A stretch of DNA of 64,000 nt from Chrysomallon squamiferum (taxonomy: Eukaryota; Animalia; Mollusca). Location: the NCBI GenBank assembly GCA_012295275.1, contig CM022667.1, positions 15,066,001 to 15,130,000 of the forward strand, given 5' to 3'. Below the pieces are notes generated by a model. The model ran no database searches. It was not told where the DNA came from and saw only the letters and a list, made by a program, of their open reading frames with translations. This document shows, piece by piece, positions 12,871 to 27,756 of the stretch (positions within the stretch are counted from its first letter, which is position 1; each line of letters opens with the position of its first letter). A program made the position numbers and the translations under genes.

Positions 12871-14768
12871 AACTCATTGATTTAGTGTTTATAGTTTACC
12901 TGGGTGGGTGGTTGACATTTTTTTTTTTTTTTTTTTCGTTGGTTCCTGATTTGCTGTTTTGCCGAGTGCCTGCTTTGGTGTCAGATAATTGCATAGTTAC
13001 ATGACTGACAGGCAAATTTATTACTTCGTTTATTAGCTGTTTACTAGTATAATTGTAAGACTTGTTTACTTGGTAGTAAGGTTGGTTTTCTGAGTGGTTG
13101 GTTAGATAAGTGTTGATAGGCCGTTTGATAAACAGATCAGTTAACTGGGTTTGCTTGCGTGATAGATAGGTTCATCTTGTTCTTTTGTTCGTCGGTTGAA
13201 TAGCTGGTTGATAAATTTGCTGCTTAGTCGGTTGGTTCACTGTATTTTCTTTTTCTTTCTTTCTATTCTTTCTTTCCTTCTTTTTTCTTTTTCTTTCTAT
13301 TTTTTATTTATTTTAGCGTCCACTATTTGCAATTAAAAAAAAAAAAAATTAAAAAAAAATTAAAAAAATACTACTCCTCACTATCAAAGAAAAAACAATA
13401 TTATCAGAAATGTTTATAAAAGTGTGAACAGTTTCAAGAGACTTCAAGTGGTCTAGCACTCAGTATTAAAAAAAAATCCGTTACAGAACACTCAAAACAG
13501 AGCGACTGGTAAATACAGAGACATCGGTCGTTTTCAAAACAATTTATCAGTTCTTGAAAATACGAAAAAACACTAAGAATCTAAATAAAAAACACTCAGT
13601 AAATTTGTAGAAAAAGTGTGTGTAACTGTGGCTGTCTAACTATCGGTCTAACTCATTGTCATTTACTATATACAGTATTTATCGATAGGAGTAGAATCTT
13701 AAGTAATATTTCTGTGTCATAATCATCATCTTGCTAAAACATAATTACTGTTGTTAAATGTTGATGTGTTGTTAAATGCATCCCATTCAGCTAGTACTGT
13801 TACTGCTACTACTACTACTTGCTATTACTACTATTACTAGTACTACCATTTTAAATACTACTACTACTTTTGCTATTACTACTATTGCTGCTACTACTCT
13901 ACTATTGCCGCTGCTGCTGCTGGTGTTGTTGTTGTTGATACTACTACATCAAATACTACTACTATTACTACTAATAAAATTAATACTTAGTACTACTAAT
14001 ACTATTTCTACTGCTAACAAAGAAAATACAAATTATAATTATGCTATAAGCAGTGTTGACTAAAACAGGGTTTTCGGAAAACTTCCTCGTTAATTTTCGG
14101 TTAAATTCCTCGTTAAAGGTCGTAAGATATCTTCGTTAAAGTCATTCATTCTTTCCCCCGTTTTATCAATGAGGCTCGTATAACGGTTGTTTATTTGATT
14201 TCTTGTTTTTTGAATTAAAGAATGCAACGGTGTCACAGGAGGTAAGAAAACCATCCGAGTCATCAAGACTAATACGAAGTCTTTGTTGTTGTTTTTTTTA
14301 ATCTTGATTCGTGTCTACGTGCTATGACATATGCAAAAAAATAATAATAATAGAGCAGATCAAGGGAAGAGAATAGAGTGCTTAAACGCGTCACGTAACA
14401 CAGAATAAAAACAATATCTCTGTTGTAGGTATGGATAATTGTTGGAACATGCTCTGTGGGGAGTAAAACTATTCGCTTCCTTCTTTTATCGCAAACACAC
14501 GCACACACACACACACACATACACACACACACACATACACACATACATACACACATACATACACACCCACACACACACACATACACACACACACACACAC
14601 GCACATATTCATCATACTCGCTGAAAACTAAATCTAAACGAAATTCTTTACACTGTTTTAAAATGACAGACAGCCACCTGTTTATTATTATTGTTATTGT
14701 TGTTGTTGTTGTTGTTGTTGTTGTTCTTCTTCTTCATGTTTTTCTTGTGGTTGTTGTTGATAACGATG

Positions 14769-14956
<188 letters not shown>

Positions 14957-15072
14957 CCATCCTTCTATCCATCCGTTTTCAATTTTTATCTAAAAATCCA
15001 TCCTTTCTCTATTCATCTATTTTTTCTATTTTTTTTTCTATTTTTGTTCCTCTCTCTCATGCATATTCATAC

Positions 15073-15119
<47 letters not shown>

Positions 15120-15420
15120 ATGCACATACAAACATGAAACGGAACATACAGTCATATTTCCTCATTAATTTTCAACATAATTTCAGATTGGTTATAACCT
15201 GACGAATAAAATTTTAAAGGAAGTTATTTTCTGATAGCGTAAAACCATGAATAAAAAAAACCCCCGAAAAAAAAACTTGCTCAAGCGATCACACTGAAAA
15301 AGTACTCAACCTATTATGTAAAACGAAACCAAAGAATGAAGGCTACAGTTGTATAGTGTAAAGAAGTGTTACACAAAATATAAGAATAGAGTAAGAAAAG
15401 AATATTCAAGTATAGTCGCT

Positions 15421-15457
<37 letters not shown>

Positions 15458-16121
15458 ATAAAATTAATAAAAAATCTAAAAAAATTTGAAATAAAAACAT
15501 ATATACATGTATACTGTGTTCAATTATTGGGTATAAAACAAGATAAAACAATATGCTTATTGTAGTAATAAGATATATAAATTATTACAAAACACAGTAT
15601 ATATATGTGTGTGTGTGTGTGTGTGTTTTGTCTGTGCGTATGTGTGTCTATACGTGGTTTACATTTATTTCTGATTTAATTTATTTCTTTTCTTTTCTTT
15701 CTTTGTATTTTTTTTTTTGTTTGTTTGTTTGTTGTTGTTTGGTGTTGTTTGGTGGTTTTTTTTGGCTATTTTTCATTTTGTATTTTTTTTATTCTTCATT
15801 TTACCTTTAAATATTATAAAAAATAAAAAATAAAATAAAAAAAATACATTTTTTTTTTCTTAGACGTTTCCGAGGTATAGCATTAAAGTCACATAAAGTA
15901 TAACCACTCATTTAGTATCTGGCTTCGGTCTCCAAAAATAACCAGTCACGTGAAAATGAAATTAGAACATAAAAGAAAGAAAAAAAAATAACGGAAAAAA
16001 GAAAAGAAAAGGAAAAATCCACAAAAAAATGCAAATTAATAAATGACATAAAAAGAAATGAAAAAAAAAGAAAAAAAAAAAGAAAAAGAATTAAAACCAT
16101 ATGGAAAAAGAAGAAAGAAGG

Positions 16122-16199
<78 letters not shown>

Positions 16200-16565
16200 T
16201 AACATACAAGGAAAAGAAAACATTATTTGAAACTTTAGGAAAAATTACTGAATTTTCTATTTCTTTTTTCTACTTGTAGTAAATGAAAAAAAAAAGTGTC
16301 TCTTTATTTATTTCACGACAGATGTAGGTTAATTTAAAAGGTTTTCGTCACAAAATAACGAACAGATAATTATTTCATTTTAATTAAATATAGACTAACG
16401 GATATTATAAATAAGAATTACACCAGATGCTGAAGTCGAATTTTTGAAATTTATATATAGATCGTTGTTGCTTGATAACTGCAGCCAGTCTTTGTTAGTA
16501 ATAAAGGTAAAATAACCGTTTTATCTTGACGTCATTTCATGCAAATAAATCAATCAAACAATAGA

Positions 16566-16605
<40 letters not shown>

Positions 16606-17040
16606 AATAATCTGTTAGAAGCTGAACATTGCACTCTTTACTTATATGGAATGACGTCACGATATCATAAAAATTGGAGCTTCAGTGCATCCTCGTCAGT
16701 TTAAAATGTTCATACTTTATTATTAGAAAAGTCTGGTCATCGCGACGGGTGAAATAGTAACTTCGAACGTTACATGACGCTGAATTTCAAATATTGAAAT
16801 GTTAACCTTAATCTCTTGGATAAACTTAGGTACAAATGATTTATAAATGGTGCTTGGTAAATATCCTAATTGACGACAAATTTTGTATATAATATAATAT
16901 ACTTGCTCTGAAACCGTTATTAATTTGAATGATTTAATTCGAACCGTTTAGCTGAACATTATGTTAATGGATCTATTAATCAACGTAGATCACCACAAAC
17001 TACCCGTGAAAACAGTACAGAAAGAAGGTACCTGCTAATG

Positions 17041-17185
17041 ATATTAAATTACGGCAAATTATCTGAGGTTAAGGTATAATTATATTTTAAGGTGTCTGTA
17101 AATCATCTGTGACTACGGCAAATTCATTATGGTAACGTTATGTACTAAGGTACATATTAATCATCGCTGATAACGGCAAACTGTT
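17041..17185 (+). repeat. Degenerate roughly 60-bp tandem repeat, about 3 copies
   Basis: ACGGCAAA core recurs three times; AATCATC precedes the second and third copies. Confidence 0.45.
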
Positions 17186-17470
17186 TTTGTTAAAACTTGT
17201 CTAGAAACTGCTTATCAGAAAAAAAAGATTAAGACCAGGAAGGTAATTTATATCAGCAGATAAAAAAGTAAATAGATGATAATGCGCCTAAACGTTTTGA
17301 AAAATGGAAAAGAAATATACTGTACTATACTATACCTTATAATATGATATTACACTATACTGTATTTTGCTACACTATACTATACTATAATATAATATAA
17401 CAGAATAAAATAAAATAAAATGAAATAATATAAAATTTATAACTAACAAAAGTAGTAACAGTCAATCACA

Positions 17471-17553
<83 letters not shown>

Positions 17554-17801
17554 TATAATAATAATAATAATAAATATATCCTCAGTGACACTGAGATGAG
17601 CTATATATTTAACACTACACTGACATTTTCCTGTCTGAGACACAAACGTTTTTGTTATGAGATATAAATGTTGACATTAGCATACAAATGTTTACCGGGT
17701 CAAGAAACAGGTTTTATGAAATTTACAATAAACGTTTTCCTTTTCTACGATAAATTGCCTCTTTCATGTGAAACCTCTTATAATAAATAATTATTAATAA
17801 T

Positions 17802-17901
<100 letters not shown>

Positions 17902-18310
17902 TCTCTGTCACATAGACACACAAATATTATTTATCCTCATTTATCATTTCAAATAACTTTATTAGTGAGCACACGAAATCATATCAATATGTGTTCATTG
18001 TAAAGATTATTTAGAATTTATATTCAAAAGAAATATATCAGGCGGATTTTGCTGGGTTTTTTCCCACTGTCAGGTAAAATTAAAAAGCACGACGATAACG
18101 TTACCTACTTCTGTGTAGTCAGTGAGATACACTCAGAAATCCTGGCTTGTTACTGACTCATAGACAGTTCCCTTCAGTCAGCCTACCGCGGTAAGTCACT
18201 AACACTGATTTAAAAATGATTTATGCCAAGGAAACATGTCTATCTCTCTCTCTCTCTTTCTCTGTGTTTGTCTCTCTCTCTGTAGATAGATACACATACA
18301 CAGATATGTG

Positions 18311-18363
<53 letters not shown>

Positions 18364-18562
18364 AATGAAAGAGTTTATTAATCCGGATCATGTTATGCTG
18401 ACTTTTTTGGATTACAATTAGTAGATGTCGTGGTGGTTGTCACGTAATGACAACCGCTGTGCATAACACGAAATAAGAATAAACATTTGTTGTCGCTTAT
18501 TATCCCATAAGTGGAGTAAGTTGTTTTTTTTTCCTTTCATATTTCGCTTTGTAATAATTTCT

Positions 18563-18640
<78 letters not shown>

Positions 18641-19333
18641 GTGTGTTTCCATCTTGTCTTTTTTTTACTTAATATTAATGAAATATTTTGATATTAATAA
18701 CAATATATTAATACAGATATGCATACTGTCACATCCACACACACACACACACACACACACAGATATAATATATACACACAAACATACATACATACATATA
18801 TATACATATACACATAAAAAGAAATAACGAACTAATTAATTTAAAAAAATAAAATAAAATAATTTAGCAAACACTGATTTCAAGAATAAAAAAATAACAG
18901 TAAATAAAGAAATAAATGAATGATTTACATATTCTCAAATCGTAATAAACCCAAATTAAAACACGTTTACACAGGTTTTCGTTCTTCATTTCTTAATCTA
19001 ATTTCTGTACTACTACTACTACTACTACTACTTCTGTTGCTGCTGCTGCTGCTGCTGCTAATCATTGACATCACAGTCATTATAATAATATTGACTGATG
19101 ATTTTATTTTTAAAAACTACATTATGATATTTATTTATATATCGCTGTCTGTACATCTGTATATACATATATACACTCTCTGCTGTGTGTTTGACGTACT
19201 AAAGAAGGAAGTATAGTCACAGTAACTGGCAGACTTCTCTTGATGGTTGTGATAAGGTATTACTGGCATAAACATAATTTATTATTCGTGTCGCTCTCTC
19301 AGATCGTTTGGTGTCGATCTGAACAGAATATAC

Positions 19334-19372
<39 letters not shown>

Positions 19373-19602
19373 GTCTTTTCTTTTCTTTGTCATTTTTTTT
19401 TTTTTTTTTTTTTTTTTTGTCCGATGTTATGAATTATTTTTAAAAGTAAACTATTTCACTTTTCTTTCATTGTTACGTTATACGCGTTTGTTAATACTGC
19501 TTCATTGTTTATCATCTATTTTATTTATTCGTTCATGTTTATAATCACTAATTTTTTGTGGCCTGTACGGAAAAGGAATAACAGATTCGTTAGTATGACT
19601 GT

Positions 19603-19728
<126 letters not shown>

Positions 19729-19915
19729 CATTATCAATGTACGGAGTCACCTGGACTTGATACAAGGAAGTGTAACAGCAGCTGTCAGCAATACTTTACT
19801 ACTCCACAGATAATACTGACCTGGATGTGATATAAATTTTAAAGCGACGCTAGTATTAAGTGTAAAAGCGCTAACAGGAATATTCCAGTAAATGAAATAA
19901 AGACTAAAATAAACA

Positions 19916-19979
<64 letters not shown>

Positions 19980-20526
19980 TCTATATATAAGAATGAAAGA
20001 AAATGATAAAAAAAAAAAACTTAAGAGAAACAATACTAATTAACAACAAAGAGAATAGCAACGAAAAAATTATGATAATGATAGTAAGAAGAACAAGAGG
20101 AAGAAGAAAAAAGAACAACAGCACCACCAACAACAATAATAATAATAGTGAAATATATAAAAGAAATAAATGAATTATTAAACAGAAGTTTTCCTTTATT
20201 TAAATGTTTTCTTCTATTATTATTCTAGTCTTTCTCTTTCTTTCTTCTTTTATTTTCTCTCTCTCTCAATGTTTTTTTTTTTTTTTTTTTTTATTATTAT
20301 TATTTTTTTTTTTAATTATTATAAAAATTATTTTCCTGTACGATTTCGCGGTATTCTTTATTAGCTATTATTAGTTATTGACTCATTCTGCATTTAATAT
20401 CCGTGTTGCCTTTTATAACATTGTAACAACGTGTACACAGTTAAATCACGTGACAGTTACATCACTGGTCGCTGAATATCCGTAAAGAGAATTTTCCCAG
20501 GGATTGTAAAGCACCTTTTTATTATT

Positions 20527-20583
<57 letters not shown>

Positions 20584-20687
20584 TTCCTTTTTTTTTTTTT
20601 TTTTTTTTTTTTTCTTCCTTTTTCTTTATTTTTTTTTTTTTTTTATTTTTTTTTATTTTTAGGACGCCATAACTATCTCAAAGAGAA

Positions 20688-20775
20688 TATGTTTGTTCTT
20701 TTATGAAAATAATAGTCTATGTTTGTTCTTTTATGAAAATAATAGTCTATGTTTGTTCTTTTATGAAAATAATAG
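20688..20775 (+). repeat. 30-bp minisatellite, about 3 copies
   Basis: Unit TATGTTTGTTCTTTTATGAAAATAATAGTC. Confidence 0.9.
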
Positions 20776-20975
20776 ATGAAGTTTGTTAAAATTTGGATTA
20801 AAATGCTCGTCGGATTCATCCACTTGTCCACTGTAACATGGCGTGATTGACAGCTAGGTGTGTTCGTTTCGTGTTGTGACGTGTCGTTGCTCTTGGCGCG
20901 TGCGTTTGTCTTTACAACGGCCACATTACATAGGAAAAATATCATTGACGTTACTCTCAAAGAAACTTCACGTTG

Positions 20976-21037
<62 letters not shown>

Positions 21038-21512
21038 GCTGGAATCGGTTATTACCTTTAAAACATTCATTGTGTTATTTCTGATATAATTACATTTGTT
21101 CATTACCAGCAGAGAACACTTACACGCGCGCGCGCGCTCACACACACACACACATACACACGATTTAGCAAGACGCCAAAGATATCTTGTTTTAACGTGT
21201 TACTTTTCTTTTTTTACAGTTATTGAGTCACTGTTATTTTTCTTTATTTTATTTTCTTCTTCTTCTTTCTTTTTCCTTGTTTCGTTCCATCCTTTCTCAA
21301 TTTATTTGATTTTATTAGTATTTTCAATTGGATCGTAAATAAATTAATATAAGAGAGATAACTCTTTTTGATATTTATAAACTTTTTATACGTCGGTGGT
21401 GTATTAAGTTAGTTAGTATAAAAATCAAAACAGACTGAGTTTAGTAAGACCGTAAGTAAGTAAATAAATAAATAACAGGAGATATACAGCAACAGGGAAA
21501 ACGACAACAAAT

Positions 21513-21556
<44 letters not shown>

Positions 21557-21856
21557 AATAATAATAATGATAATAATATGAGGAAGAAGAGAAGAAAACG
21601 AAGAAGACGACGAGTGGAAGAATAAGCAGAAGGATTAAGGACGATTTTTAAAAGTTTATAATCTGTTTTTCAATTTTTCTTGCCTGCCATTTATTAATTT
21701 TTTGTTCCTTTTTCAAATATTTGTTTCCCTCACACACGCACCCACGCATAGACTATCTTAAACACACAAACACATATGCTTTGCATTTGAAAAGCTGCCA
21801 ACTATCAGTTCTTTTGTTTTCATCTATGACAGAGAAATATTTGCGTTGATTCATAC

Positions 21857-21903
<47 letters not shown>

Positions 21904-23004
21904 AACACACACACACACACACTTACATACATACTGACATACGTAAATATACATTTATAAATATATATACAAAATTACATGTTCGCACAGATTTCAGATG
22001 AGAAATTTACCTCAGTATGAATATTTTGCTACTATGTTGTAAGTACCTCTGACGTAGACTGCATTTGAACAACATTTGTGAATGCCGTGGTAATGCAGTC
22101 AAAACCGTCCTCTTGTGACGTCAGAAAGTCTCAGATGCAATAAACGACATGACTTGAACGTTAGTGACTGCATCGACATTTTTTAATATCTCTGTTTTGT
22201 TTGCATGCACACTTTTGAAAATATTTTATTAGTATTGCTCCAGGTAACATACTTAATCTATATTTTGAAGAATGGTTTAACTTACTATTTAATTTTATTT
22301 ACAACAGATCCTCAATGAAAAGGCTCAGTATTTTAAAAAAAAAAAAAAGGTTTATTCTGAAGCCTAAACTATATTAATTGGCAAATGTTTTAAAGTAATA
22401 TAATTTGTTATTACAGACTTGCAAAATTAATAATTTTCGTACATTATAATGACGTATTAAATAATAAATGAAAAGATAAAATTATATTGATTCGTAGAAG
22501 AGACATTTGTTATAAATTGATAACAGTGAACAAAAATAAACCTTCACCTTCCAAGACGGAATATTAAGAACAGGGAGTCGATTGTTTTCTAGTGCCCACC
22601 TACCACAGAACAAGACGTCATCGCTTGTCCACTTTTCCAGCAGAAGTGGTTTAGTGTGCAGAGAAAGTAGCTCTTCATAAGTGCTCCCAGAAACAGAAAA
22701 TTAGGCAGTAAATGTGGCAAAAATGATTTTTTTTTTTTTTTTTTTTTTTAATTCATTGCCATTTTACAACATTATCATTAAGCGGATTTGTTGTTGAAAG
22801 TGGAAGGCAGCCGTGCATGTGAAATGCCTGGCTAGTCAGAGGAAGAACTGTGAAGATCTTCGGCTGTTTGTTGTTTAATCAATACGACTGGAATCGTAAT
22901 TTCACGTAACTGCCTCATTATGTGTGTATGACTCATCTGACTAATCTGACGTTTTAATTGTTTCATTGTAGTATTAGAATAATTTATTTTAATACACCAC
23001 GGTT

Positions 23005-23093
<89 letters not shown>

Positions 23094-23094
23094 G

Positions 23095-23125
<31 letters not shown>

Positions 23126-24196
23126 CCATGTTTACGTATGTTTTTAAATTCATTCATTCATTCATACATTCATTAATTATTAACGGGACAACTGAAATGA
23201 ATTCTATGGGAAGCAATGCATTTATGCATGTATTTTTAATTTTTATTCTTGTTTTTCCAACATTGATTATGAACCTGATCCATGTCACGCGAACTGCATG
23301 TTATATCGGCGAAAAAAAGTAAGAAACAAAATTAGAAATCGAATATAACAAATTACAGCATGACATATCGATTGATGCAGACTGCGTGAAAGGAAAATTC
23401 GATTTTTCTTGCATTTAATAACAACGTTGAGGTACAAATACAAGTAACGCCAAAAAAACGAATTTTTACATTTTTGAAATTTTAACATACCATAAGTTAA
23501 TAACAAGATCTGCCATTTTCAAAGGAATTTTCAGAATGACGAGAGGCCTCTATGAATTCTATTTCATTTATTTCACAACATCATTTTCTGATAGATCTGG
23601 TGAAACAGGATCCATGGCTGCTTTGATGAAGAAGATAATGGTGGGGAGTTGGCCAAATATTGAACAAATTAAAACAGAACTCTCAAATGTTTGTTATTAT
23701 TGTTGCTTTCCTTTATTTTTTATTTTTGTTTATTTATTTATTTATTTATTTATTTATTTTATTATTATTTTTTTTTTATATAGCAGTTTCCACATGCTCG
23801 GAGTTTGGACTCTAACGTTTTCTGCAGCTTAGAGCCACGCCAAATCTAGATTCGGTTCCGCTTGGACTCGACACGTAACCGTGAATCTAATGTTCTAAGC
23901 GGTAGAATGCGCCATTATGGGTTATCAAAGAATAAAAGAAAACTTTCACTGTAATAATAACAACAATAATAACAACAACAACAGCAGCGACAACAACAAC
24001 GATAATAATAACTAATAATAATAATTATTAATTGTTGTTGTAGTTACTCTTGATATTCTTCTTCCTTTTCTTCTTCATCTTCTGCTATTACTTTTACTAC
24101 TACTACTTCTACAACCATTGTTATTACTACTATTACTACTACTACAACTACTGCTGTTGCTGCTTCTGCTGTTATTGCTCTTCTTCTTTCTCTTCC

Positions 24197-24247
<51 letters not shown>

Positions 24248-25167
24248 TGTTATTATTATTACTACTACTTCTACTACTACTGCTACTACTACAACTACTA
24301 TTATTATTATGTTATTATTTGTTTCTCATACTCTGTAACATATCTTAGTTTAGCTTAGAAACCTTGCTGGCTTTTGTTTGATATCTTTAAACTTAATTTA
24401 CAACATAGCAGGAAACCCACACACACACACACACAACCGCCGCCAAGAAAACCCTCTGTTAATGAAAAGACGAATTAAATATTAATCTGAACGTATATAG
24501 ATGTATATTTGTATGGGTGTATGTATCTACGTATGTATAGGCACGTTTTCTGATATGTATGTAGTAGTCCGTGTAGTTTTGGTGTAAACAATTTTCTGAT
24601 CTTTATCAGCAAAGGGGTGAATCTGTGGTCACTGTCACCAAAAACAAGATCACTTAAAAACAACTGGTCGAGAAAAATACAAACAGAGTCTTTAAAACTA
24701 CTAAAATATAAAATTACATATACGTGTTACAGTTTCAGTTAATCTATTGTCCAAAAGTAACAACAAAACAACAACAACAACAACGACAGTAAGGACGATG
24801 AAAATAATATTCTAGGTTAATTATGTAGAAAGACTTTCAAAATACAATGACCTCTGTACGTGACAAAACAATGTCATTTTGAAAGGAAATATTTTGACGT
24901 GTGGAAACACGATTTTGACTAAAAAGATAAATAAGAGAGTAAAACATGGTTCAGCTAGGTACACTTTTATACTAATTTTTTAGACTCCAACAGAAGTCAG
25001 TCCCAGCTGTGAAATAGTTAATACTAAATAGTTAGTATACTTAGAGAAACGTAAGGAATTGCAGTAACTAGATTATTGTACTCACCTATTGTTGAATCGC
25101 AAGGATACAGATTTAAATATATTCTTATATACAGTATATGCCATACATACATACATACATGCATAGA

Positions 25168-25204
<37 letters not shown>

Positions 25205-25261
25205 GCTTAGATACATACATACATGCATAGATATTTACATACATATATACATGCACAGATG

Positions 25262-25296
<35 letters not shown>

Positions 25297-25839
25297 GCAT
25301 AGATACATACATACATACATACATATCCACGAACACACACACATATATACGAACACACACACAGACACCCCCATAAAAATATGCTGACCTTAAAGCATAC
25401 ATACTTAGACATATGTACCTACACACTCACATACACAAATACATTCTTACATATAAATATGCATACTTATTTGCAAACAAACAAAACATACATACATCCA
25501 TTATACACATATATCAATTTGTAACAATCTTTTCGTAACAGCCATAAAGGAGCATGAAATATTATTCGCAATATAATGGATTATATTGAAATAAACCTTT
25601 TTTCTGTTAAACCTACGAATGACCCTCTACTGAGTTAAACATAATTATTAATTCAGTAGAATAAATTGAGCATGAAACTGTTTGTATATTGTTTGTTTTT
25701 TTCCTTCTCCTTGAAGCATGACAATGAATATTATTTCTAAAGGCGGATATTTTGTTGTGTCATTCCGTGAGGTTAAATGTGTTGCAATCGATTAAATATT
25801 AAAATGGAAGCGTTGGTGGGTATCTAAAGAGAGTAACAG

Positions 25840-25927
<88 letters not shown>

Positions 25928-26262
25928 TGTATTTATCATGAACATAAAATAATGTATGTTACATGATAATTAGGCACAGTTATATAATGTCAGGCTAAAC
26001 TGTATTACTGTAAACAGAATGGGTATACTCAATTTATAAAATATGTATATATATATATATATATGGATACTAAAGCACATATGAAACATTTTCAACGGTT
26101 ATTAGGGTTATTATAATAAATAAACAGATGATGGCCCCCTTTTCCATTCAACCTCACCTAAAGTTTCACAGACAAAAGGAAACAAGAAAATGGAGTGAAT
26201 AATCTGTAGTATATTTATTTCTGCTTCAAAATACAAAAACACTTTATGCATACATACATACA

Positions 26263-26293
<31 letters not shown>

Positions 26294-26320
26294 GCATATG
26301 TATGCATCCCACAACATTAG

Positions 26321-26357
<37 letters not shown>

Positions 26358-26706
26358 CAACAACAATAATAATGGTAGTAGTAGTATTAGTAGTCGCAGT
26401 ATCAGTAGTAGTAGTAGTAGTAGTAGTAGTAGTCGTAGTCGTGATTTTGGCAATGGTGGTAGCAACAAGCGGTAATAAAACATTCTTTTAATATAGCTGT
26501 TAATGTTGTTTCATGTTAATTTGTGTTGTAAACCTTTGCTGTTATGCTAAGGTTTTTGGCGGGTTTAGGCTTTTCAGATACTTTTATGTTAAAATCATGA
26601 TAATTTATGCGCGATTTAGTGATAAATTTTTGATACTATCTAATATTACTGAATATTTAAATACTTTTATTTTTAGATATTGTTATTCCTCTGTGTTGTA
26701 ACCTTC

Positions 26707-26726
26707 TCTGTTGTTGATATTCTGTT

Positions 26727-26769
<43 letters not shown>

Positions 26770-26771
26770 GA

Positions 26772-26802
<31 letters not shown>

Positions 26803-27106
26803 ATGACATGACTTTATTTTTTCTCTCTCTTGATATTATTCTTCGTATTACTAACTGAAATGAATTATTTACGAACATTCCAAATGTTCAATAGCAGACT
26901 GTGGTTTTAAAATATGCACGTGCAAAGTGTGAACCATGACTCTTAAAACCAATTTTTAAAAAACCCTCAATGAGACGGAGGGTTTGGTTCGGTAGTGAAT
27001 GTGTTCTTGATTTGCGTAACTGCAACAAGAGTGGATGATATGGTAAATAAATGGTCTAATCGACTACTACCCAAGTTTAGTCAAATTCATGAATGGCATA
27101 CTTCAG
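26707..27106 (+). pseudogene. Diverged duplicate of the PLA2 upstream region and exon 1 (pseudo-exon)
   Basis: Aligns by eye with about 27386-27756: shared CTGTT..ATATTCTGTTTA(CTA)n, TTTTAAAATATGCACGTGCAAAG and TTAAAACCAAT. Translates SVVNVFLICVTATRVDDMVNKWS versus SIVVVFFIFSTVNGAGDVVDKWS. In-frame ATG and GT donor are lost. Confidence 0.75.
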
Positions 27107-27404
27107 CGCATACATCATATTAAATTATTTTATAAAACCGGCTTTAAAATCACCAGACATAACGTTTGGTTTAAACCTTAAAAACCAAAACTGGACAAGT
27201 CACACTCTGAATTTACTGATTAAGCACAAAAATCTAAAAATACAAAATTAATAAATTATTTTAAATCAGTTAATAAATCAGATTTAGATGAAGCTAAATA
27301 CACTGTGGTAAAGTGGGAAACAAACAGTTATAAAACTAAATTACCGGAATGTACGATCTCGGAATTTTTTTTAATAATTTTGTTTCTGTTGTTAATATTC
27401 TGTT

Positions 27405-27442
<38 letters not shown>

Positions 27443-27638
27443 TTATAACAACGATATGACTTCTATGTTTTGGTTTCTCTCACAATATTATTCGTCTAAT
27501 TACTAATTCAAATGAATTATTTATGAGTAGTCCGTGTTTTTAAAATATGCACGTGCAAAGCGTGAAGCATGACCAGTTAAAACCAATAAAAACCATGGCG
27601 AAATGGGAAATCTTTAGCTTTGGTGTTAAGCGGTGAAA

Positions 27639-27756
27639 ATGATGTTAAGTTCGATTGTCGTCGTTTTCTTCATTTTCAGTACAGTCAATGGAGCAGGTGA
27701 TGTGGTAGATAAATGGTCGAAGTACATAGACGACTACAAATTTGGAATATTTCCAG
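27639..27756 (+). CDS. PLA2 exon 1 (signal peptide, short N-terminal segment, GIFP-G)
   Basis: ATG 27639; MMLSSIVVVFFIFSTVNGAGDVVDKWSKYIDDYKFGIFP; donor CCAG|GTATTT. Confidence 0.9.

Noticed and set aside
20688-20775. 30-bp repeats resembling a CRISPR array
   Set aside because: Head-to-tail copies without unique spacers, no cas genes, eukaryotic context.
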